This document shows, piece by piece, positions 51,547 through 60,469 of a DNA stretch of 64,000 bases. The notes under the pieces were generated by a model. It was not told the DNA's origin. It ran no database searches and was given only the letters and a program-made list of their open reading frames with translations. The position numbers were made by a program, and so were the translations under genes. Each line of letters begins with the position of its first letter. Positions within the stretch are counted from its first letter, which is position 1. Origin of the DNA: an uncultured Candidatus Saccharibacteria bacterium (GTDB taxonomy: Bacteria; Patescibacteriota; Minisyncoccia; Phycocordibacterales; UBA9973); assembly GCA_964625065.1 (NCBI GenBank), contig CAZUZL010000005.1, forward strand, positions 2,072-66,071, written 5' to 3'.

Positions 51547-53226
51547 ATGACGTCTGCAGTTACCCAGATAAAGGAACGACTTGGTATTGTCGAAGTCATT
51601 TCAACGTATATTGCGGTTAACCAGGCGGGTAGACAGTTTCGTGCAAGGTGTCCTTTCCATTCAGAAAAAACAGCCTCGTTCTACATATCACCAGAAAGAA
51701 ATTCGTACCATTGTTTCGGTTGTAGTAAAGGTGGCGACATTTTTACATTCGTCGAAGATATGGAAGGTGTAACTTTCAAAGAAGCATTAAAAATTCTTGC
51801 TGACCGTGCAGGTGTAGTACTGGACGACTATGTACACACAGTAGACGACACAGCGGTACTGTATTCTATATTAGAAAAGTCTAAACAATATTTTGTTAGC
51901 CAAAATATAGAAGCTTCAAAAAAATATGTATCAGACCGAGGTATAACACAAAAAACTACTGAACATTTTCAAATAGGGTATGCCCCTAACGAATGGCGTA
52001 GTTTAGTTGAACACCTGTGTAAAAACGGTTTCAAAGATGCAGACATTGTTAGGTCTGGCATGGCCATAGAAACAGAACGTGGTATATACGACCGTTTCCG
52101 TGGGCGTGTAATGTTTCCGATAAACGACACACAGGGCAGGGCAGTTGGTTTCTCAGGGCGTATACTACCAGTGTACGATGTGCCTGGTAAAAGCGGGGAC
52201 AAACCAGCCAAATACATAAATTCTCCGGAAACAGATTTGTACCATAAATCTACAATACTGTATGGTTATGACAAAGCCAAAAACGCATTGCGCACCAGTG
52301 GGTATGCAATTGTGGTTGAAGGTCAAATGGACTTGGTTCTGTCGCATCAGGCTGGGTTTGAACAAACTTTAGCTGTATCAGGTACCGCATTAACTAATAC
52401 CCACCTTGATCTGATAGGTAGGTTTACAAAGAAAATTTTATTTTCTTTTGACGGCGACGAAGCTGGTATAAAAGCATTAAAACGCAGTGTAGAAGAAGCA
52501 CTAGCTAAAGACTTTGACATAAGGGTTGTAAAAGTTCCAGTAGGTAAAGACCCGGCAGATATTATTTCTACAGACCCCGAAGAATGGAAAAATATAGTAA
52601 GTCAGTCTACATCTATAATAGAATACTTGTTACTACACTATGCAAAAAAACATACAGATATTCGTGAATTCAGAAACATAGTAGACAAAGAAGTCTTGCC
52701 TTATGTTAGGTCTATAAACAAATCTATAGACCGTGCGCACTTTATAAACTTAGTTTCCAGAGCTGTAGATTTGCCCGACGCTGTTATAGCAAAAGCCGTA
52801 CAGGAAATAAGTTTAGCGCCCCGTGCTGTAGAAAACGACTTACCTAAAAAAGAAAACCTTTCTGCTGAAACCATACTGTTAGGTTTAATATCTTTAGAAA
52901 AAGAATCGTACCCATTACTAAACGGCGTTTCAATAGAAAAACTGTTTAGCCAGTATATGGACCTGTCAGTAGACGAATGGAAAATAACAATGGAATCTGT
53001 CGATGCGGGTTACGCAAGTTCAGTTGCAGAATATTTGTTGCTACAAACCGAAGACCACGCAATGCAGTTTGTATCTGACAATGTAATGAAGGTTGCAGAA
53101 AAAAGGTTGTTCCAAGCCCTGTCGCACTTAAAAAAACAAGGTTTGGGTACACCAGAGGAAATGCATTTGTTTACAGACCTGACTCGACGGGTCGACAATA
53201 TTAAAAAAGATCGTCATAATGTATAA
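51547..53226 (+). CDS. dnaG: DNA primase
   Basis: CPFH..CFGC zinc finger, [32 protein letters not shown]. Confidence 0.97.
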   Translation: MTSAVTQIKERLGIVEVISTYIAVNQAGRQFRARCPFHSEKTASFYISPERNSYHCFGCSKGGDIFTFVEDMEGVTFKEALKILADRAGVVLDDYVHTVDDTAVLYSILEKSKQYFVSQNIEASKKYVSDRGITQKTTEHFQIGYAPNEWRSLVEHLCKNGFKDADIVRSGMAIETERGIYDRFRGRVMFPINDTQGRAVGFSGRILPVYDVPGKSGDKPAKYINSPETDLYHKSTILYGYDKAKNALRTSGYAIVVEGQMDLVLSHQAGFEQTLAVSGTALTNTHLDLIGRFTKKILFSFDGDEAGIKALKRSVEEALAKDFDIRVVKVPVGKDPADIISTDPEEWKNIVSQSTSIIEYLLLHYAKKHTDIREFRNIVDKEVLPYVRSINKSIDRAHFINLVSRAVDLPDAVIAKAVQEISLAPRAVENDLPKKENLSAETILLGLISLEKESYPLLNGVSIEKLFSQYMDLSVDEWKITMESVDAGYASSVAEYLLLQTEDHAMQFVSDNVMKVAEKRLFQALSHLKKQGLGTPEEMHLFTDLTRRVDNIKKDRHNV

Positions 53227-53227
53227 T

Positions 53228-54598
53228 ATGAAATCAAAATCAACAAAAAAGATCGTAAAAAAACCAGCCCGACAAAGTCATTCTGGCGGGGTTGTTAAAA
53301 AACCTGTAAAAAAGCCAGCCCGACCGAGTCATTCTGGCGGGGTTGTTAAAAAAACAGCACCTAAAAAAGTTGTTAAAAAAACAGTTGCAAAAAAACCAGC
53401 CCGACCGAGTCATTCTGGCGGGGTTGTAAAAAAACAACCAGCTAAAAAAATAGCGCCTAAAAAACCTGTCCGAACTACTGGCGGAGTTGTTTCAAAATCT
53501 AATTCTAAAAAAACAAAAGCACAACTTACAACAGAACTGTTAGAAAAACAATCAAATATTTTAGTCGAAAAGGGTAGAAAGCGAGGTTTCATAACCTTCG
53601 ACGAAATACTTAAAACTTTTCCTGATATTGAAAACAATGTTCTGTTTTTAGACGAACTTTATGAAAAGCTTTCAACTGTAGGTGTCGACGTACTAGAAGG
53701 TGGTAACTTGCTAGATGTTGACGCTGAAGTAAAAGAAATAATTACCGGCAGACACCATGACCCGTCTTACGATTCTATACAAATATACCTTAAGGAAATA
53801 GGTCAATACCCGTTGATATCTTCTGCAGAAGAACGCAACCTAGCAAAACGCATCGAAGTGGGCGACAACGAAGCTAAAAATTTGTTGGCACGCGCAAACT
53901 TGCGTTTGGTTGTGTCTATTGCTAAAAAATACCAAAACCGCAGTGCAGACCTATCTTTACTTGACCTGATACAGGAAGGTAACATAGGTTTGTTCAAAGC
54001 CGTAGAAAAGTTCGACTGGCATAAAGGTTATAAATTCAGTACATATGCAACATGGTGGATACGCCAATCTATAACTCGTGCATTAGCCGACCAGTCTAGA
54101 ACAATACGTATACCTGTGCACATGGTTGAAACTATTTCTAAATACAAACAAGTTTACCGACGCCTTTCACAGGACCTAGGCCGCGAACCACTGGCCGAAG
54201 AAATAGCTACAGAAATGGGTGTTGAAGTTGAAAAAATTCATGTTATCGAACAAATCAGTCAAGAAACAACATCACTAGAAAAACCAATAGGTGACGACGA
54301 AGACAAATCTACACTAGGCGAATTTATTCCTGATGAAAAAATTCTACGCCCAGACCAAGACGCTTCACGCCGTATACTTTCTGACCAGATACACGAAGTT
54401 TTGGCAGAACTTTCACCGAAGGAACAAAAGATTCTAGAAATGCGTTATGGTTTACACGACGGTGTACAACATACATTAGAAGAAGTAGGTAAAGAATTTG
54501 GTGTTACTCGCGAACGTATTCGTCAGATCGAAGCCAAAGTCCACGACAAACTTCGAAGTAATGAAAAAATAATGCGCTTAAAAAATTATTTTGATTAA
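53228..54598 (+). CDS. rpoD: Primary sigma factor with Lys-rich repetitive N-terminal extension
   Basis: [41 protein letters not shown]; start 53219 or 53228. Confidence 0.97.
   Translation: MKSKSTKKIVKKPARQSHSGGVVKKPVKKPARPSHSGGVVKKTAPKKVVKKTVAKKPARPSHSGGVVKKQPAKKIAPKKPVRTTGGVVSKSNSKKTKAQLTTELLEKQSNILVEKGRKRGFITFDEILKTFPDIENNVLFLDELYEKLSTVGVDVLEGGNLLDVDAEVKEIITGRHHDPSYDSIQIYLKEIGQYPLISSAEERNLAKRIEVGDNEAKNLLARANLRLVVSIAKKYQNRSADLSLLDLIQEGNIGLFKAVEKFDWHKGYKFSTYATWWIRQSITRALADQSRTIRIPVHMVETISKYKQVYRRLSQDLGREPLAEEIATEMGVEVEKIHVIEQISQETTSLEKPIGDDEDKSTLGEFIPDEKILRPDQDASRRILSDQIHEVLAELSPKEQKILEMRYGLHDGVQHTLEEVGKEFGVTRERIRQIEAKVHDKLRSNEKIMRLKNYFD
53264..53485 (+). repeat. Four in-frame copies of the coding repeat element in the rpoD 5' end
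   Basis: CCAGCCCGA-N12-GGCGGG at 53264, 53315, 53396; CCTGTCCGA-N6-GGCGGA at 53465. Confidence 0.9.
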
Positions 54599-54610
54599 AA
54601 TACATAGAAC

Positions 54611-54651
54611 AAACAAATTCCCCACCAGTCAGACTGGTGGGGAATTTGTTT
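54611..54651. repeat. REP-like palindrome 1
   Basis: 20-bp arms, 1-nt centre: ...CCCACCAGTC-A-GACTGGTGGG... Confidence 0.92.
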
Positions 54652-54668
54652 AGTGATATAATATTAAT

Positions 54669-55361
54669 ATGGGAACAAGAAAATTTCCACTTTGCGATAA
54701 TGAATATTTTCATTTATATAATCGTGGAAATAGCAAACAAAAGATATTTTTAGACGGTCAAGATTATGAGCATTTTATAAAGTGCATATTTGTTTGCAAT
54801 TCATATAAAAAGTATAAATTTAGAGACGATATTGTTGATCTCGGCATTGATGCTTTTGAGTTCGATAGAGCAGAGACAATCGTCTCTATAGGCGCATGGG
54901 TTTTAATGCCAAATCACTTTCATATCTACATTATAACGGCACATCAGTCAGATCGGTGGAAAGATTTAGAACGTAATAGAATTTCTGAATTTATGCGTAA
55001 AGTCTTAACTGCGTATAGTTTATATTTTAATAAAAAATATGAAAGAACCGGCGGTTTATTTGAAGGTGTATTTAAATCAATACACATTGGAAATGATAAT
55101 CAAGCAAAATATCTATTTTCTTATATACACTTAAATCCAATAAAGCTTATTCAAAAAGACTGGAAGGAAGTAGGAACAATAGATGTTAAAAAAGCACTAA
55201 AATTCTTAGAAGGTTATAAATGGAGTAGTTACATGGACTATAAGGGTATTATAAGGAAAGAAAATGCTATTTTAAACACAGAGTATTTTCCAAAATATTT
55301 TTCTGATATTAAAGATTTTGATAGGGAAATATTAAATTGGTTAGAATATAAAGAATTATAA
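54669..55361 (+). CDS. REP-associated tyrosine transposase (RAYT, Y1 HUH family)
   Basis: YFHLYNRG...IF, WVLMPNHFH (HUH), G.LFEG.FKS, YIHLNP, Y.WSSY. Confidence 0.92.
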   Translation: MGTRKFPLCDNEYFHLYNRGNSKQKIFLDGQDYEHFIKCIFVCNSYKKYKFRDDIVDLGIDAFEFDRAETIVSIGAWVLMPNHFHIYIITAHQSDRWKDLERNRISEFMRKVLTAYSLYFNKKYERTGGLFEGVFKSIHIGNDNQAKYLFSYIHLNPIKLIQKDWKEVGTIDVKKALKFLEGYKWSSYMDYKGIIRKENAILNTEYFPKYFSDIKDFDREILNWLEYKEL

Positions 55362-55391
55362 ATTTCCCACCAGTCTGACTGGTGGGAAATT
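55361..55391. repeat. REP-like palindrome 2
   Basis: AATTTCCCACCAGTC-T-GACTGGTGGGAAATT. Confidence 0.92.
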
Positions 55392-55441
55392 GAAAAATAA
55401 AAATTGCTGCATATTTTAAAATAATATGATATGCTGCGACT

Positions 55442-56137
55442 GTGAAGAAAATTTTAGACGATATTCTAAGTTATAGAGAAATGTGTGATTCTGAGAAAAC
55501 CCAAACTATGCAACGTGGGATGAATTTTCGCATGAAACCAACATATTCTGTTATTTTGATGTCCCAAAGATCAAACGCCCCTTACTCAGATAAGGTTTAT
55601 AAAGATGGAGTAACTATTGAATACGAAGGTCATGATGTTTCAAGAAAATACTCAGAAAATCCAAAAGAACAAGATCAGCCTGATAAATTACCAAGCGGTA
55701 CTATAACACAAAATGGTTATTTTATAAAAGCTATTAATGAATATAAAGAAAATAAAAGCAAACCAGAATTAGTAAAAGTTTATGAAAAAGTATTTTCAGG
55801 GGTGTGGTCATTAAAAGGATATTTTGATTTGATAGACTATAAAATCATTCATGATGGAAAGAGAAATGTTTTTCGTTATATTTTAAAATTGTCTGACAGA
55901 AAAGAAAATTCTAATATGGGAGATATTAACATTGGACACACTAGATTAATTCCATCAGAGGTTAAAAGAGAAGTTTGGAAAAGGGATCAAGGAAAATGTG
56001 TTTTATGTGGTGATTCTAAAAACCTCCACTTCGATCATGACTTACCTTTTTCGAAGGGTGGTACAAGTCTTTCTTCAAATAATGTTAAATTGCTTTGCAT
56101 GAAGCATAATTTACAAAAATCGGATAATATCCAATAA
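55442..56137 (+). CDS. HNH endonuclease with N-terminal SRA-like domain
   Basis: R.IP..VK.EVW.RD.GKC..C...LHFDH.LPFSKGG......N..LLC..HN..K; N-terminal Y.D.....IEYEG. Confidence 0.85.
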   Translation: MKKILDDILSYREMCDSEKTQTMQRGMNFRMKPTYSVILMSQRSNAPYSDKVYKDGVTIEYEGHDVSRKYSENPKEQDQPDKLPSGTITQNGYFIKAINEYKENKSKPELVKVYEKVFSGVWSLKGYFDLIDYKIIHDGKRNVFRYILKLSDRKENSNMGDINIGHTRLIPSEVKREVWKRDQGKCVLCGDSKNLHFDHDLPFSKGGTSLSSNNVKLLCMKHNLQKSDNIQ

Positions 56138-56144
56138 ATTATTA

Positions 56145-56175
56145 AATTTCCCACCAGTCAGACTGGTGGGAAATT
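56145..56175. repeat. REP-like palindrome 3
   Basis: AATTTCCCACCAGTC-A-GACTGGTGGGAAATT. Confidence 0.92.
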
Positions 56176-56256
56176 CTATGTAAGGGGAGGCCGGTAGGGG
56201 GTATTTATTTTGTTCATTTTTGTGCATTGCAATATTTGTTATGGTATAATTTAGCT

Positions 56257-58218
56257 ATGATAAAAAAGTCTAGTATAGCACTTGTGTTAATGCTTGTTGT
56301 TGGCGGTTTTTGGTTTGGCTTAAGCCATTCTAAAAAAGTTCATGCAGCAACAACTGACAAAATAACCGGTTACGCTTGGTCTACAAACGTGGGCTGGGTT
56401 CGCATGAATTGCGAAAACACAACTTCAGATAACACTTGTGCCACTGTACAGTACGGTGTAGAAGCCGACCATGACACTGGTGTTCTGTCTGGCTACGCAT
56501 GGTCTTCTATAGTGGGTTGGATTTCGTTTAACGAAACTTCTGGTTGCCCTAGTCCTGGGTATAGTCATTATAACGACAACAAAGACTGCCAACCGCGTGC
56601 ATTGTTTAGTTATGGTTCAGGTGGCGCAGACATTGTGGGTTGGGCACAGGTTGTAGGTAGTGGCGAATGGATAAGTCTAAGTTGTTTAAACACATCTACT
56701 TCGTCTAATACATCTGGTTACTGTAACTCTAGTAACCATAAAGTTACATACCCAAACGACAATGGTCCAAGTTTAAATAAAAACGGTGGCCCACTGTCAG
56801 GGTATGCATATGGTTCGGGTGGTACTAGTGTTGGCTGGTTAGATATGTCCAAAACTATTTGGAACATCGGTAGTTTGTTCTGCGACCAGTACCCAAACGA
56901 CCCAGCTTGTGTTAATGCACTTTATTTAGTTGCCACACCTTCTACTGGCGCAACGCCTGGCACAACACCTGGTATAGACCTAGAATGGGGTTCTAACAGT
57001 CACACCGCATTTACAGGTGCATGTACTGCAAGTAGTGTACCTGCTTCTTGGTCTGGAACTAAAACTAAACCGTCTAGTGCAAACAGTTGGTCTGTAACTG
57101 AAACAGCTGTAGCTGTGCCATACCCAAACTTACCTTCTACTGTTATAACTTATAAAATAACATGTCCTACTGGTAGTAGTAGTTCAGTCAGTGCAACAGC
57201 AGATGTAGACGTAAGTATACCAACATGGTCAGTTTCTTTGACAGCAAATGGTAAAACACCTACAGCAACAGTTTCATACGGTGGTAGTTTGTCATTGGTA
57301 TGGTCTACAACTAATGCACCAACAGGTACAACATGTAGTGCACCTATCTGGGCACCAGGCCAAAGTGGTACAAACATAACAACTTCTATAAGCAATGTTA
57401 CAAATTCTGCAAACTATACAGTTGTATGTACACCACCAGGCGGTTCGTCTTATGCTAAAACAGCTTCTGTGCAGGTTAACGTAGTTAAGGTTACTTCTTT
57501 CCCACAAATAGGTTGTTTCCAACCTGGTAACAACCCTGTATTAACTTGGTCTTCTGAAAACGCTGCAACATGTAGTATGTCTGCACCTGGTGGCAGTACA
57601 GTTTCTGGACTTGCCTCATATTCTGGTGGAACTGCATTTACTCAGGGGGCAGGCCAGTACACACTAACATGTAAAGACACTACAAACACATATACTTCAG
57701 GTGGTAACAATTCTATAAACGCAACACAATGTATACCAAACTTCACTATAGATAGTTCAATGTCTTGTAACGGTAACCCTAATGCAAACGGTGGCATTAT
57801 AACAGACAACGCATTTCAGAAACTTGTAGTAAAGTCTGGTGCAGTTTACGTTGCTAAAATTCCGGTAAACATAACACCACAAACAGGGTTTAATTTTGAT
57901 GTTAGTTACACGTTCTTAAAACCAGCAACATCGGCATGGATGCCAGTAACAGTAAAATGGGCAAGCGGTGGGTCTGGTAACGTAGTTGTAAAAACAAATG
58001 CAGGTGGCTATGCAGACACATTAATACTAACCGCGCCAACATTAGCCGACATGCAGGCTTTGTTTACTGGTGTTGCAAACGGTTACCAGGGTGTAACTGT
58101 ACAGGCACAGCGTGTAAACAGTACGCCGGCACAACTTAAACCAAACCCAGCTGTATATAACTTTAGTGTATGTGCACCAGGCGGCGGTGGGGTAAAGCCA
58201 GTATTTATTGAATCTTAA
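56257..58218 (+). CDS. Large secreted Cys/Ser/Thr-rich surface protein
   Basis: Signal peptide; repeated GYAWS..VGW units; L.WS..NA..C Ig-like repeats. Confidence 0.85.
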   Translation: MIKKSSIALVLMLVVGGFWFGLSHSKKVHAATTDKITGYAWSTNVGWVRMNCENTTSDNTCATVQYGVEADHDTGVLSGYAWSSIVGWISFNETSGCPSPGYSHYNDNKDCQPRALFSYGSGGADIVGWAQVVGSGEWISLSCLNTSTSSNTSGYCNSSNHKVTYPNDNGPSLNKNGGPLSGYAYGSGGTSVGWLDMSKTIWNIGSLFCDQYPNDPACVNALYLVATPSTGATPGTTPGIDLEWGSNSHTAFTGACTASSVPASWSGTKTKPSSANSWSVTETAVAVPYPNLPSTVITYKITCPTGSSSSVSATADVDVSIPTWSVSLTANGKTPTATVSYGGSLSLVWSTTNAPTGTTCSAPIWAPGQSGTNITTSISNVTNSANYTVVCTPPGGSSYAKTASVQVNVVKVTSFPQIGCFQPGNNPVLTWSSENAATCSMSAPGGSTVSGLASYSGGTAFTQGAGQYTLTCKDTTNTYTSGGNNSINATQCIPNFTIDSSMSCNGNPNANGGIITDNAFQKLVVKSGAVYVAKIPVNITPQTGFNFDVSYTFLKPATSAWMPVTVKWASGGSGNVVVKTNAGGYADTLILTAPTLADMQALFTGVANGYQGVTVQAQRVNSTPAQLKPNPAVYNFSVCAPGGGGVKPVFIES

Positions 58219-58289
58219 TTAAATGTATAAAACAGCATATTTCTAAATATGCTGTTTTATTATGTTTTTCGATATGATAGAATAAAAAT

Positions 58290-58574
58290 ATGGAAACATC
58301 TGAACAATATCTAGAAAAAATAAAAAACAGTGACTTGTCTAATAAAACTAAACAAGCCATTGTTGCATTGGTGGGCGAGCAAGTTCTAACCCAGGAATTA
58401 AAAGACCAAGCCAAGGCCATAATTGCCGCTGAAATAGAGGAAGAAACCAAGGGTATGTTTGTAGAAGAAGACGACATGGACATGTCTGCCGGCGTACCAA
58501 GTGGCTTTATAGAAGAAGGTGAAACTAAGGAGACAGAAGCTGAGTCTGAAGACTCTGAACCCGAGGAAATGTAA
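58290..58574 (+). CDS. Small acidic hypothetical protein
   Basis: 94-aa ORF, TAGAAT just upstream, terminator downstream. Confidence 0.7.
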   Translation: METSEQYLEKIKNSDLSNKTKQAIVALVGEQVLTQELKDQAKAIIAAEIEEETKGMFVEEDDMDMSAGVPSGFIEEGETKETEAESEDSEPEEM

Positions 58575-58632
58575 TGTAGAAAATAAAAAAAAAGCCGGTG
58601 GGGTACACCGGCTTTTTGAATCAAGTAAATAG

Positions 58633-59226
58633 TTATTTATCTACTTTTTTGCGACGTTGGAAAATGAATCTGGTGTCTAAAGGAAAAATATTTTTGGTTT
58701 GCAAATCACCAGCATCAAGTGTCAGAATATTTTCATAGTTGTAGAGAGTAAAGAAGTTGTTGTCATAATTCATGGCAATTACCATCCACTCTTTTTCTTT
58801 TTGATCCAAGTAATTTATACGAAGGCAAGGTCCAATAAGCGGGTGGCAAATATCTAATCCAAATCTTTTAGCCTTAGAAATAATACTTTCGTATCTTACT
58901 TCATTCTTAAAACCAAGGTCGGCAGGTGAAATATTAACTAGCTCAATACTTTCTTCTACCATATTCTGGATGTCGGCATCACAATCGTCGATTATGTAGT
59001 TAGCTAAACCTCCCACTTCAGCAAGCGAGCAATTTCTTTTCAAAAGGTCAATCAAGCCTTCTGCATCTTTTTGAGGTCCAACGGAAATTCTTCTCCAGAT
59101 AGGGAAGGTAATCTCATTGTTTTCGATAATTGTTTTACCTGATAGAAAAAGTTTGACCCCATCCATTCCTCCGAGTTTGTTTACGATGGCCTCTGCTTGG
59201 CCAAAAGTCAGTTGTCCGTATTTCAT
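58633..59226 (-). CDS. Hypothetical protein, paralog-like to 1064..1750
   Basis: S.ADLGF...I..KAK..GL..C...IGP.LR..Y.DQ...EW..IAM...RFIF. Confidence 0.7.
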   Translation of the reverse strand: MKYGQLTFGQAEAIVNKLGGMDGVKLFLSGKTIIENNEITFPIWRRISVGPQKDAEGLIDLLKRNCSLAEVGGLANYIIDDCDADIQNMVEESIELVNISPADLGFKNEVRYESIISKAKRFGLDICHPLIGPCLRINYLDQKEKEWMVIAMNYDNNFFTLYNYENILTLDAGDLQTKNIFPLDTRFIFQRRKKVDK

Positions 59227-59464
59227 GATTAAAAATAATGATTAAAAGACTGATAGTCTTTTTGTTGCCGCTGTCCGCGGTAGGAACTAGACTTCATTAT
59301 AACAGTCATAGCCAGGAAACATCACATTGTAATGCCTTTTGGCTATGACAGTTATGTAAAATATTTAAAGAACGTACATTTTTATTATAGCATTTTTAAT
59401 ATAAAAAGTCAAATAAAAATACCCTTATTTTGTAAGGGTATTTTTATGGAACTTTTACTGTTTT

Positions 59465-60256
59465 TTATGATGCTGATGAATTGATAGTAAACATTGCATC
59501 TAAGTATTTCCAGAATGTTGCGTCGTCTGAAAGTTTTGCAACACATTCACTGGCTACTGCTTCCATGCGGGCTTTAGGGTGTAAACCATCTAGTGGGTAG
59601 TGGCGGTAAACCCATGCAACTTTGTCCCCATAGGCGTCTTTTATTTGGTGCATAGTTGTGTGGAAACGTTGGCAGTATGGGCAGTCTGAATCAGAATATT
59701 CCACTATTATTATTGGTGCGTTAGGGCTACCTACAATATGGTCGCCCGGCAGTAGTACTGTTGTTGCAGTGGGTTTCTGTTCTGCTTCTAGTGGTATGGT
59801 TTTACCTGCCAAGCCTGCGTCTATAACTGTTTTTATTGTTTCTATAGGCAAAGACCCAACGATTTGTATTTGTTGGTTAGTGCTTGCAACCATAATTATA
59901 GAAGTTGGTGTGCCTTGTATACCCAGTGGTGCTGCAAGGGCAATCTGGTCTTTTACTGTTTGTTCTGCGTCAGCAGCATCCATACATGCTTCAAATTTGT
60001 TTGCATCAATGCCCATGTTTGTAGCAAAAAGTTCTATAGCACTGTATTCTTTACCATTAGTTGGTTTGTTGTTTGTTTTATCCGGTGCAAAAACAAATAT
60101 CAAGGCAAGACCTATAATAACAGCTGCAGTAACTACAGCTTGGGGCAAACCGAAACCTGTGTTAGTTGTTTGGTTTGCTGTAGCACCCTGTACTGTTTTT
60201 TCAGTATTTTCAGGTGCTATGTTTGTGTCGTTTTGTGTGTTGTGTTCATTTTCCAT
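59465..60256 (-). CDS. DsbA-family thioredoxin-fold protein, circularly permuted
   Basis: GTP cis-Pro half precedes the DH..G...A...IVEYSD.DCPYC half. Confidence 0.88.
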   Translation of the reverse strand: MENEHNTQNDTNIAPENTEKTVQGATANQTTNTGFGLPQAVVTAAVIIGLALIFVFAPDKTNNKPTNGKEYSAIELFATNMGIDANKFEACMDAADAEQTVKDQIALAAPLGIQGTPTSIIMVASTNQQIQIVGSLPIETIKTVIDAGLAGKTIPLEAEQKPTATTVLLPGDHIVGSPNAPIIIVEYSDSDCPYCQRFHTTMHQIKDAYGDKVAWVYRHYPLDGLHPKARMEAVASECVAKLSDDATFWKYLDAMFTINSSAS

Positions 60257-60381
60257 GTGTGTATTATACCGCGTAGTAGAACTTTTTGGAAGCAAAAAAT
60301 TCACTACCCGGCAGCCCCCTTAATTTGTTGCATTAATCTTATTTTATGCTATTATATTCCTATTGCCACTAATGGTAATAA

Positions 60382-60454
60382 GCCGCTTTAGCTCAGTTGG
60401 TAGAGCAATACTTTTGTAAAGTATGGGTCCTCGGTTCAAGTCCGAGAAGCGGCT
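60382..60454 (+). tRNA. tRNA-Thr(TGT)
   Basis: GCCGCTT/AAGCGGC acceptor, anticodon loop TTTGTAA, GTTCAAGTCC. Confidence 0.95.
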
Positions 60455-60469
60455 CAAAATCTAGATATC

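Noticed and set aside
54611-56175. Palindromes as ordinary terminators or CRISPR repeats
   Set aside because: One-nucleotide centre, identical core in three copies, gene-sized spacing and adjacency to a RAYT fit REP-like sites better, though they may also terminate.
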